Of a DNA stretch of 64,000 bases, positions 37,516 to 47,768 are shown piece after piece. Origin of the DNA: an uncultured Pseudohongiella sp. (GTDB lineage Bacteria; Pseudomonadota; Gammaproteobacteria; Pseudomonadales; Pseudohongiellaceae); contig OZ254078.1 in NCBI GenBank assembly GCA_965267495.1, positions 2,766,145-2,830,144 on the forward strand, in the 5' to 3' direction. Position numbers and translations under genes: made by a program. Under the pieces are notes generated by a model. The model worked only from the letters and a program-made list of their open reading frames with translations. It had not been told where the DNA came from and did not search any database. Positions within the stretch are counted from its first letter, which is position 1. Each line of letters opens with the position of its first letter.

Positions 37516-40500
37516 AATTCATAACCCGATGGTTTCTGGATAATCCCGTAGCGGCAAACTTAGTGATGGCATTCATTCTTGTCGCCGGCTTACTCACATA
37601 CAACACGCTTCGGGTCGAGAGCTTTCCACAGATTCCAGCGACCCAGCTAACAATTTCCGTATCTTATCCGGGAGGTACTCCGCGGCAGGTCGACGAGGGA
37701 ATTACACAACGTATTGAGGATGCCATTAGTGGGGTGCCTGGCATACATAGCATCCGCAGTGAGTCCTGGCGTGGTTCAGCCAATATTACTGTGAAGAAAA
37801 ATACCGGCATTGATCTCGACAGATTAATGGAGGACGTGCGAAACGAAGTGGAGAGTATTGTCGGCTTTCCCGACGCGGCAGAACGACCGCGTATTTTTCG
37901 GGATGAATATGGAAATCTTGCAGCATTTGTCATTGTCTACGGCGGACAAGACAGGGACCTGTTGCAAACAGTTTCCACACGAGTCGAGACGGCGTTAAAA
38001 AAGCACCCCGAGATTTCGAAAGTTTTGAATTGGGGCAAGCGCCAAAAGCAACTGCTGATCGAACCAAGAGCCGAAGCTCTGCAGCGCTATGGTTTGGATA
38101 TGGAGAACCTTGCCAATCGAATTCACCAGTGGTCACTGGAGACTCGTAGTGGGGAGTTAAAGACTGCCAGAGGCACAATTACTCTGAGTGGCAGCCAGTA
38201 TGCGGACGACCTGCTGGCGCTTGAACGTCTCCCCATCATCAACAATGCCCAGACCAGCGTGCGCTTGAGAGATGTTGCTGATATCCGACGCACATTCCAG
38301 GAAGACGAATCACTGGTGCGCTACAACGATGCCAACGCAGTCACGCTTATGGTGAACACCAGCCAAAAAGACCACTTGATGCGAATCAGTGCAGCCATAG
38401 ATGAAGTAATCGCGGAGATGGAACCTACATTGCCAGACGACATGAAGATCGCAGTTATGGCTGACATGGCACCTTATATAACAGAACAGCTGGATTTACT
38501 GGGTACTAATGCGTGGCAAGGCCTTATCATCGTGTTGATTGTATTAGGCATCTTTCTGGAGATTCGACTCGCATTCTGGGTCGCACTTGGAATTCCGATC
38601 TCTGTCGCAGGTGCACTGTCACTGATGGGTTTGCCTGCCCTTGACTATAGTATTAATGACATCACCCTGTTCGGCATGATTCTGGTCCTGGGCATACTGG
38701 TTGATGACGCAGTTGTTGTTGGAGAGGCAATTCACAGCGCGAGACAAAACACTAAGGACCCGAAGGAGGCAGCATGGCGCGGCGTAGAATCAGTAGCCAT
38801 TGCGACCGTATTTGGCGTTCTAACTACGATCGCGGCATTTTCGCCCATGCTGTGGATAGAAAACGAGCTGGCGAAAGTCCTTGCTGGCTTTTCCGCTGTA
38901 GTGATCTTCGCGCTGATCTTCTCCCTGATCGAAAGTAAATTCATATTGCCGACCCATTTAGCGATGGAATATCGCGACAGTTCGACCACCAACTCCTTTA
39001 CCAGGCTACTGCTGAGCATTCGCCATCTCTGCAATTCCGCATTGGAACGATTCAGCAGAAAAGTCTATCAACCCACTTTGCAAAAGGCGCTCAACAACAA
39101 ATGGACCGCCTTGATGGTATTTAGCAGCGTCATGCTTTTCAGCTATGGCGCCCTCAACAAAGGGCTGATCTCCTCCACCTTTTTTCCTGAAATTCCAGGT
39201 CGTTTTGCGACCGTCCAAGTTGACATGGATCAGGACGCAGCCAGATCCCTGACCTTGCGTAACGCAGATCAACTTGAAACTGCAATCGCAGTAAGCAATC
39301 GAATACTGGCTGATGAGTATCAATTGCCAGACGCTCCGATAGAGAGATACATCGTTGCAATGACTGGCCCACTCAGTATTGAACTAACCGCCGAGCTAAG
39401 CGAAAACGCCTTGGCAGAAATTCCAAGTGCCCGCTTCCTCGACACATGGAGAGAGGCTACTGGACAGCTTGAGGGGAGTTACGCGGTGAGTTATCGATTG
39501 GCTGAAGAAGTGGCGGGTGGCACAGCAATCACCGTTGCTGCCAATGATCGTGCGCTGGCACGCCAGGTTGCTGCAGAAGTGAGGCAAGAACTCGATCAGC
39601 TCCCTGGTGTTAATGACGTTTACGACGATAGTCAGAGCGGGAAACGCCAGCTGAACATAAACTTGAATGAACGAGGCATCCGGCTGGGTATTGACCAACG
39701 GCAATTGGCCACTTTGGTCGGTGGCGCCTTCGGTAATTTTGAGATTCATCGACTACTGGACGATTCTCAGGAAATGCTGGTTCAGGTAAAGCTCCCGGAA
39801 GATGACGCGCGAACTCTTGAACAGCTCAAAAATACCGCTGTTCGCATTCCCCAAGGGGGTTATGTCAGTTTGGGAGAAATCAGCCACTTCACCCATAGTC
39901 GTGAGCCGGAAGTTTTATATCGGCGCAACCGCAATGAAGTGGTGACAGTTTACTGGAACCAGGACCGCAGCATCAGTTCACCCGAGGCGATCTGGCAACG
40001 ACTGTCCGATCAGGCAATTCCAGATCTGAACGCCAAATATCCTGGGGTCATCATTGAAGCGGTAGGTGAATTCGATGAAATTGGTGAAGTCCAAACCGGA
40101 TTCAGAAAAGCCATGATCCTGACGCTACTGTTAATCTATGTGTTACTTGCTGTCCCGCTGCAATCCTATTGGCAGCCATTCGTGATCATGTCGGTAATTC
40201 CCTTCGGCTTCGCCGGCGCAATACTTGGTCACGGATTGATGGATTTGTCGTTTAGCCTGCTATCAATGTTTGGCCTGATGGCGATGACGGGTGTGGTGAT
40301 TAACGACTCCCTGGTATTAATGACACGCTTTAATCAACTGTTAAGAGAAGGCTTTCCAGTAAGCGAGGCCCTGGTCGAAGCAGGCAAGAGTCGATTGCGC
40401 GCAATCTTTCTGACAACAGTGACCACTGTATGTGGACTGCTGCCACTACTGAGTGAAACGTCGGAGCAAGCTCAGTATCTCAAGCCCGCAGCTGTTTCGC

Positions 40501-40640
40501 TGGTCTTTGGAGAATTGTTCGCCACTCCAATCACTCTGGTGTTGATTCCGTTGCTGCTATCGTTCGGTAAATACCAGCATAAAAAGAAAAACAGCAAAGA
40601 AACTGACAGTCCGATAACTGGCATGGCTTCACCAGCTTGA
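37512..40640 (+). CDS. RND-family efflux permease (AcrB/AcrD/AcrF superfamily)
   Basis: 1042 aa with a 12-TM architecture and two large periplasmic loops. The N-terminus is typical (FITRWFLDNPVAANLVMAFILVAGL). Confidence 0.9.
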   Translation: MKFITRWFLDNPVAANLVMAFILVAGLLTYNTLRVESFPQIPATQLTISVSYPGGTPRQVDEGITQRIEDAISGVPGIHSIRSESWRGSANITVKKNTGIDLDRLMEDVRNEVESIVGFPDAAERPRIFRDEYGNLAAFVIVYGGQDRDLLQTVSTRVETALKKHPEISKVLNWGKRQKQLLIEPRAEALQRYGLDMENLANRIHQWSLETRSGELKTARGTITLSGSQYADDLLALERLPIINNAQTSVRLRDVADIRRTFQEDESLVRYNDANAVTLMVNTSQKDHLMRISAAIDEVIAEMEPTLPDDMKIAVMADMAPYITEQLDLLGTNAWQGLIIVLIVLGIFLEIRLAFWVALGIPISVAGALSLMGLPALDYSINDITLFGMILVLGILVDDAVVVGEAIHSARQNTKDPKEAAWRGVESVAIATVFGVLTTIAAFSPMLWIENELAKVLAGFSAVVIFALIFSLIESKFILPTHLAMEYRDSSTTNSFTRLLLSIRHLCNSALERFSRKVYQPTLQKALNNKWTALMVFSSVMLFSYGALNKGLISSTFFPEIPGRFATVQVDMDQDAARSLTLRNADQLETAIAVSNRILADEYQLPDAPIERYIVAMTGPLSIELTAELSENALAEIPSARFLDTWREATGQLEGSYAVSYRLAEEVAGGTAITVAANDRALARQVAAEVRQELDQLPGVNDVYDDSQSGKRQLNINLNERGIRLGIDQRQLATLVGGAFGNFEIHRLLDDSQEMLVQVKLPEDDARTLEQLKNTAVRIPQGGYVSLGEISHFTHSREPEVLYRRNRNEVVTVYWNQDRSISSPEAIWQRLSDQAIPDLNAKYPGVIIEAVGEFDEIGEVQTGFRKAMILTLLLIYVLLAVPLQSYWQPFVIMSVIPFGFAGAILGHGLMDLSFSLLSMFGLMAMTGVVINDSLVLMTRFNQLLREGFPVSEALVEAGKSRLRAIFLTTVTTVCGLLPLLSETSEQAQYLKPAAVSLVFGELFATPITLVLIPLLLSFGKYQHKKKNSKETDSPITGMASPA

Positions 40641-40780
40641 ATGCGGCTGTTTGAGTAAGATTTTAAGCGGATAGGTTTCGGCATCGCAGGCATTCAGTCC
40701 ATCCATGGACATAAGCCTGGTTCCGGAATCCTATAATCGCCACGCCCTGAGCGGGCAAAACACGATGAGTGCAGACTCTT

Positions 40781-42115
40781 CTAGTCCGAGCCGCTCTGGC
40801 GCTGTGCCAACCTGGCATTCCGCTCTGCCAGCATCCTCTCATAGTCTTCCTGACCAAGATAAGTGACATCGACCCAGTTGTGCGCCATCTCATCCACGGT
40901 GCGATCACCCCAACCAACCCACTGATTGGGGTCAGGATTATTGGGATTGTTCGCTGTGTTGTCATGCCATGCACGGGTTATGAGCATGGTACCAGCGGGC
41001 ACAATCGGCGCGGCGTCTTCACCAAACACGTAGTTGATTTGCCAGTTCCACTGAAAGTTGTCGACAAAAGCGAGCACTTCCCGGTTGCCATTGGGAAAGA
41101 TGGCTTCCATGGACATGGCCTTGCCACGCATATGCATATGAGGCTGGAAGTTTTCTATTCGCGCGGGAGCCGAAAGCACAAAGGTGCCTTGAGTCACTGC
41201 AATCTCATTAGGAGGAATATCCAGACTATGTGGGCCCTGGGCGTCCAACATACTGAGAATGGTTCGATGGGCAGGCTGCTCGTCATGAAACCAGACGCCA
41301 ATTTCCACCTGTGCATCTGGCACTCTTTCCCCCATGGCATGCAAATGCACTTCCCACATAATTTGCGAGCCAGGCAACATCAATTTGCCTGAATCTGGCC
41401 GAAAGATCTGTCCCGCTTTTCCAACCGCCCATTCCATAAACAGACTTGGGCCGAATGGAATATCAACATCCGTTGGCAGTCCTTTTCTTTCAGTATCATT
41501 CTGAATCAGGAAAGCCAAAGCATGATGCACCACGCGACGGCTTGCATCGTCAACTGGCCGAATCTCGATTGCCTTGACCCATTTTTCTTCCGTCAGACCA
41601 GTTTCCACCATGGGGCGGAACCACTTGTCCTGAGTGACAGCCGCCAAATCGAAAGGCTCGGATTTCAACATCAGATCTGGCGCCGAACCCATTTGCTCTT
41701 CGAGGCGCCAGACCAGTTCGTCGTTGAACTCCACTGGAGATGGCGCGTTTCGCATATTCCCCTGGGGTGCTCCCTGGTCCACCCAATCGATTATCGTCTG
41801 GCGCTCGCTCTGGGTCAGGCCCCGATCATTGACGAACTCCTGAATGCCAACCTGGGGATTAAGATGCCAGGGTGGCATGACCCGGTTTTCCACTCGATAT
41901 TTGATGACTGGCGCAAAGGGTCGTACCTGGTCATAGGTCTGCAACGCCATCGGCGCAATTGAGTTTGGTCGATGACACTCCATACACTTCTGCTGAAAAA
42001 TCGGCATGACATCTTCAGCCCAGGTGAGCTCTTCCTGTGCGACTGACATTGCCGGTACCAGCAGAGCAACGACCGCCAATACAAGCTGCAAAGTGTCTTT
42101 CTTGAGAATTTTCAT
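40781..42115 (-). CDS. Secreted fusion of a mono-heme cytochrome c domain and a PHM/DBH-type copper monooxygenase-like core
   Basis: Start at ATG 42115 with a GGAG 9 nt upstream. Signal peptide MKILKKDTLQLVLAVVALLVPAMSVAQE. Heme motif CMECH (codons at 41972-41986). It also carries VVHHALAF, WEVHLHAMG, QPHMHMRGKAM and RTVDEMAH, which match the copper type II ascorbate-dependent monooxygenase signatures HHM..F and H.H..G and the DEM(C) methionine ligand. Confidence 0.7.
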   Translation of the reverse strand: MKILKKDTLQLVLAVVALLVPAMSVAQEELTWAEDVMPIFQQKCMECHRPNSIAPMALQTYDQVRPFAPVIKYRVENRVMPPWHLNPQVGIQEFVNDRGLTQSERQTIIDWVDQGAPQGNMRNAPSPVEFNDELVWRLEEQMGSAPDLMLKSEPFDLAAVTQDKWFRPMVETGLTEEKWVKAIEIRPVDDASRRVVHHALAFLIQNDTERKGLPTDVDIPFGPSLFMEWAVGKAGQIFRPDSGKLMLPGSQIMWEVHLHAMGERVPDAQVEIGVWFHDEQPAHRTILSMLDAQGPHSLDIPPNEIAVTQGTFVLSAPARIENFQPHMHMRGKAMSMEAIFPNGNREVLAFVDNFQWNWQINYVFGEDAAPIVPAGTMLITRAWHDNTANNPNNPDPNQWVGWGDRTVDEMAHNWVDVTYLGQEDYERMLAERNARLAQRQSGSD

Positions 42116-42170
42116 TTGAATAGTCTCCTTCAGAAGGATAGACATCCTTCTTAGCTAAGTTTCTTGTGCA

Positions 42171-43058
42171 TTAACGAACGTTTACCTTTAAAAAACCATT
42201 TGTCCAACAGCACTGCGAATGACCTGACATTTCGGGTCCAGAGAATTCTGTAACCCGCGCTCGCAGAACGTACTCTCCCGGTTGCGAAAAAGTAGCCTCT
42301 GTTGTGGCGACTCCCCCTTCGACCGGAACTTTGTTGTTTGTCTCACTGAATTCTACTGAGCCTGGACCTCTGTGCTTAAACCAGTCCACATTCATTGGCG
42401 GGGTAGCACCTCCTTGCGCCAGAAACAATGAGGCGAGCCCGCTGCCCTTGCCATCATCTTGTGCCCAGGCATTGACAGTGACTGCCCGACCAGCTCTTGC
42501 ATCAATCGGTCCTTCTGTTATGCCGGCAGGTCCATGACCCCAGACACTTTCTTCGCTAAAACGAACCTCAGGCGGAAAATTGCCGCCTGCATCACCAACA
42601 ATGGCGTCGATAATAAAATCTGTATGCTTGTTTGCTGGTATATGGAAGGTTCTGCCCTGATTCTCCAGATGCCAGACAATTTCACCGTCATGATCGGCAG
42701 GTACTTTTACTGTGAATACACCCCAGTGGCGCTCAACGGAAAAGTGAGTGGGCTGTCCCTGGTCAGGATTTCCATCAGGCGCACCTATAATGCGGTTGGC
42801 TGGTCCAACCGGTATATCCAGCTTTTCTTCGGTATTGCGATTGTAGTAACCAAATGAGTAGGCAACCATGCCATCATCGTCTACATACCAACCTTCATAA
42901 GCAGGCGTCACTGTTTGGCCTGAGCTTATGCCGATGTCCTTGCCCAGCGGCAGGGATTCAACCGCCAGGGGAACTCCCTGGGCAACGACCAGATTTGCTG
43001 TCAGCAGACAAACGCCAAGCAGCAAGGAATTCACCATAGAGAAAACTGACTTCTTCAT
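42171..43058 (-). CDS. Secreted hypothetical protein, probably co-transcribed with the heme/copper protein
   Basis: Start at ATG 43058 with GGAGG upstream. Signal peptide MKKSVFSMVNSLLLGVCLLTANLVVAQG. The sequence looks beta-rich and has no recognised motif. The gap to the downstream gene is 55 nt with no terminator. Confidence 0.6.
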   Translation of the reverse strand: MKKSVFSMVNSLLLGVCLLTANLVVAQGVPLAVESLPLGKDIGISSGQTVTPAYEGWYVDDDGMVAYSFGYYNRNTEEKLDIPVGPANRIIGAPDGNPDQGQPTHFSVERHWGVFTVKVPADHDGEIVWHLENQGRTFHIPANKHTDFIIDAIVGDAGGNFPPEVRFSEESVWGHGPAGITEGPIDARAGRAVTVNAWAQDDGKGSGLASLFLAQGGATPPMNVDWFKHRGPGSVEFSETNNKVPVEGGVATTEATFSQPGEYVLRARVTEFSGPEMSGHSQCCWTNGFLKVNVR

Positions 43059-43182
43059 TTGACCTCCGGAATTCGAAGTTGAGATTCTGCCGTACAGCAT
43101 CGTCGAATAGTGTGACGTTACCGAGTGTAACACTTGCCGCTGGTCTCTGAGAATCCATTTTCATTCGCTGTTAGACCAGCAT

Positions 43183-43216
43183 AAAAAAGGCCAGCTTGGA
43201 AAATCCAAGCTGGCCT
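43183..43216 (-). terminator. Rho-independent terminator after tufA (end of the str operon)
   Basis: On the minus strand: GGCCAGCTTGG-attttc-CCAAGCTGGCC followed by TTTTTT. Confidence 0.85.
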
Positions 43217-43236
43217 CTTCGAGCTAATATTGAGAT

Positions 43237-44427
43237 TTACTCAATGATCTTGGAAACTACGCCAGCTCCAACAGTTCGACCACCCTCACGAATCGCGAAA
43301 CGAAGGCCCTCGTCCATCGCAATCGGTGCAATCAGATCAACTGTCATCTTGATGTTGTCACCAGGCATCACCATCTCAGTGCCTTCAGGCAGCTCAACGT
43401 TGCCAGTCACGTCCGTAGTACGGAAGTAGAACTGGGGACGATAGCCCTTGAAGAAAGGGGTATGACGACCACCCTCATCCTTGCTCAGAATATACACTTC
43501 ACACTCGAACTTGGTGTGTGGCGTAATTGAACCAGGTGCAGCCAGTACCTGACCACGCTCAACTTCCTCACGCTTGGTACCACGCAGAAGTACACCCACG
43601 TTCTCACCAGCTCGGCCTTCGTCCAGCAGCTTGCGGAACATCTCAACACCAGTACAGGTAGTCTTCTCAGTGTCCTTGATGCCGACAATCTCGATCTCTT
43701 CACCAACCTTGATCACACCGCGCTCAACACGACCAGTCACTACCGTGCCGCGACCAGAGATGGAGAACACGTCTTCGATTGGCATCAGGAATGGCTTTTC
43801 TACATCACGCTCAGGCTCAGGAATGTAATCATCCAGTGTCTCAACCAGCTTCTGTACCGCAGGGGCACCGATGTCAGAGTCGTCACCTTCCAGGGCTTTC
43901 AACGCAGAACCAATAATGATCGGTGTATCGTCACCAGGAAATTCGTACTGATCCAGCAGCTCACGGATTTCCATCTCAACCAGTTCCAGCAGCTCCGCAT
44001 CGTCTACCATGTCCGCCTTGTTCATGAACACAACGATGTAAGGAACACCTACCTGACGGGACAGCAGGATGTGCTCTCGAGTCTGGGGCATGGGGCCATC
44101 AGCCGCACTCACCACCAGGATCGCACCGTCCATCTGCGCAGCACCGGTGATCATGTTCTTCACATAGTCAGCGTGGCCCGGGCAGTCTACGTGAGCGTAG
44201 TGACGGTTCGGGGAATCGTATTCAACGTGAGACGTCGCGATGGTAATACCACGCTCTTTCTCTTCAGGGGCGTTATCGATTTCATCGAAATTCTTCAGAT
44301 CGCCACCATAAGCTTCCGCACACACCTTCGTCAGTGCTGCTGTCAACGTCGTCTTACCGTGGTCTACGTGACCAATCGTTCCTACGTTAACGTGGACTTT
44401 CGTTCTTTCAAATTTTTCCTTAGACAC
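43237..44427 (-). CDS. tufA: Elongation factor Tu (copy A, str operon)
   Basis: 396 aa with [17 protein letters not shown] and NKADM motifs. It starts at GTG (44425-44427) and follows fusA. Confidence 0.97.
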   Translation of the reverse strand: MSKEKFERTKVHVNVGTIGHVDHGKTTLTAALTKVCAEAYGGDLKNFDEIDNAPEEKERGITIATSHVEYDSPNRHYAHVDCPGHADYVKNMITGAAQMDGAILVVSAADGPMPQTREHILLSRQVGVPYIVVFMNKADMVDDAELLELVEMEIRELLDQYEFPGDDTPIIIGSALKALEGDDSDIGAPAVQKLVETLDDYIPEPERDVEKPFLMPIEDVFSISGRGTVVTGRVERGVIKVGEEIEIVGIKDTEKTTCTGVEMFRKLLDEGRAGENVGVLLRGTKREEVERGQVLAAPGSITPHTKFECEVYILSKDEGGRHTPFFKGYRPQFYFRTTDVTGNVELPEGTEMVMPGDNIKMTVDLIAPIAMDEGLRFAIREGGRTVGAGVVSKIIE

Positions 44428-44460
44428 TGTAGTTTCCTCTTACCTTATCTAGTTCTGTAA

Positions 44461-46557
<2,097 letters not shown>

Positions 46558-46600
46558 AGCTTTACCCTCAAATATAATAGATGATCAATTAAAAACAGAT

Positions 46601-47071
46601 TTAGAAACGATAGTGTGAGAACGCGCGGTTGGCTTCAGCCATACGGTGTACATCTTCACGCTTTTTAACGGCACTGCCGCGACCTTCTGCAGCATCACTA
46701 ATCTCACCAGCGAGGCGCAATACCATGGACTTCTCACCACGGGCTCGTGAATGCTCCACCAGCCAACGCATGGCCAGGGCACTGCGACGCTCAGCTCGCA
46801 CTTCAACCGGCACCTGATAGGTAGCACCACCAACACGGCGAGACTTCACCTCGACCATGGGCGCGATACTGTCCAGGGCTTTTTCAAAAGTTTCGAGTGG
46901 ATCGCCACCGCTTCTTTCAGCGACGATGTCGAGAGCACCATAGACGATCTTCTCGGCAACAGACTTCTTGCCGTCAACCATCACATGGTTCATGAATTTT
47001 GCTAGGATTTTTGATCCGAATTTGGGATCAGGCAAAACTTCGCGTTTTGCCACTTCTCTTCTTCTAGGCAT
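46601..47071 (-). CDS. rpsG: 30S ribosomal protein S7
   Basis: [20 protein letters not shown]... is conserved S7 sequence. Confidence 0.97.
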   Translation of the reverse strand: MPRRREVAKREVLPDPKFGSKILAKFMNHVMVDGKKSVAEKIVYGALDIVAERSGGDPLETFEKALDSIAPMVEVKSRRVGGATYQVPVEVRAERRSALAMRWLVEHSRARGEKSMVLRLAGEISDAAEGRGSAVKKREDVHRMAEANRAFSHYRF

Positions 47072-47227
47072 TAGACGACCTCATGTTAATTCAGGTTAAT
47101 CCGGGACTCTACGGCTTCAATCTGCACACCCGGCCTTACTCAATCTCATCCCATTGTTTAACGAGCCGGGATGAGTCACGCATTCCTTGCGCTTGTGATT
47201 GGCTCTGTAACTGTTTGGAGAACTGTT

Positions 47228-47599
47228 TTACTTGGGACGCTTGGCGCCGTACTTCGACCGGCGTTGCTTGCGATCAGCCACACCGGAAGTATCCAGGCTA
47301 CCGCGGACAGTGTGATAGCGCACACCAGGCAGGTCCTTCACACGACCACCACGAATCAGCACTACGGAGTGCTCCTGGAGATTGTGGCCTTCACCGCCAA
47401 TATAAGAGGTAACTTCATAGCCATTAACCAGGCGCACACGACAAACCTTGCGAAGTGCTGAATTTGGCTTCTTCGGCGTGGTGGTGTAGACGCGAGTGCA
47501 AACCCCGCGCTTCTGCGGAGATCGTTGCAGCGCAGGCACGTCGCTCTTGCTGATCTTGCTCTTGCGCGGCTTGCGAACTAATTGATTAATTGTGGCCAT
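47228..47599 (-). CDS. rpsL: 30S ribosomal protein S12
   Basis: [15 protein letters not shown]...[11 protein letters not shown] is conserved S12 sequence. Confidence 0.97.
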   Translation of the reverse strand: MATINQLVRKPRKSKISKSDVPALQRSPQKRGVCTRVYTTTPKKPNSALRKVCRVRLVNGYEVTSYIGGEGHNLQEHSVVLIRGGRVKDLPGVRYHTVRGSLDTSGVADRKQRRSKYGAKRPK

Positions 47600-47664
47600 A
47601 TTGGTCTCAGGGTTCCTGTTCTCTTGTCATCAATTTTTGGTCTACTGACCTGGGTAGCTGACAA

Positions 47665-47693
47665 GGGAGGCGAGAGTTTAATGACCTCTCCCC
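47665..47693 (-). promoter_or_regulatory. Candidate sigma-70 promoter of the str operon
   Basis: On the minus strand: TTGACT (47688-47693), a 17-nt spacer, then TAAACT (47665-47670). It lies about 65 nt upstream of the rpsL ATG. Confidence 0.55.
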
Positions 47694-47718
47694 GCTTAGT
47701 CAACCTTTCCGTATCTTG

Positions 47719-47745
47719 TCAGAATTGCTGCAGGCCCCGTAACTC
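47719..47745 (-). terminator. Hairpin after rpoC (weak terminator candidate)
   Basis: TGCAGGCC-N11-GGCCTGCA, an 8-bp GC-rich stem. No clear U-tract follows it. Confidence 0.35.
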
Positions 47746-47768
47746 GAGGCCTGCAAGCCAGTTTCGTA

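Noticed and set aside
40769-41392. 207-aa His-rich plus-strand ORF, and the 103-aa minus-strand ORF at 40663-40974
   Set aside because: The first is antisense to the heme/copper monooxygenase-like gene. The second overlaps that gene's 3' end out of frame. The motif-bearing frame (CMECH, HH, HxH, DEM) is clearly the real one.
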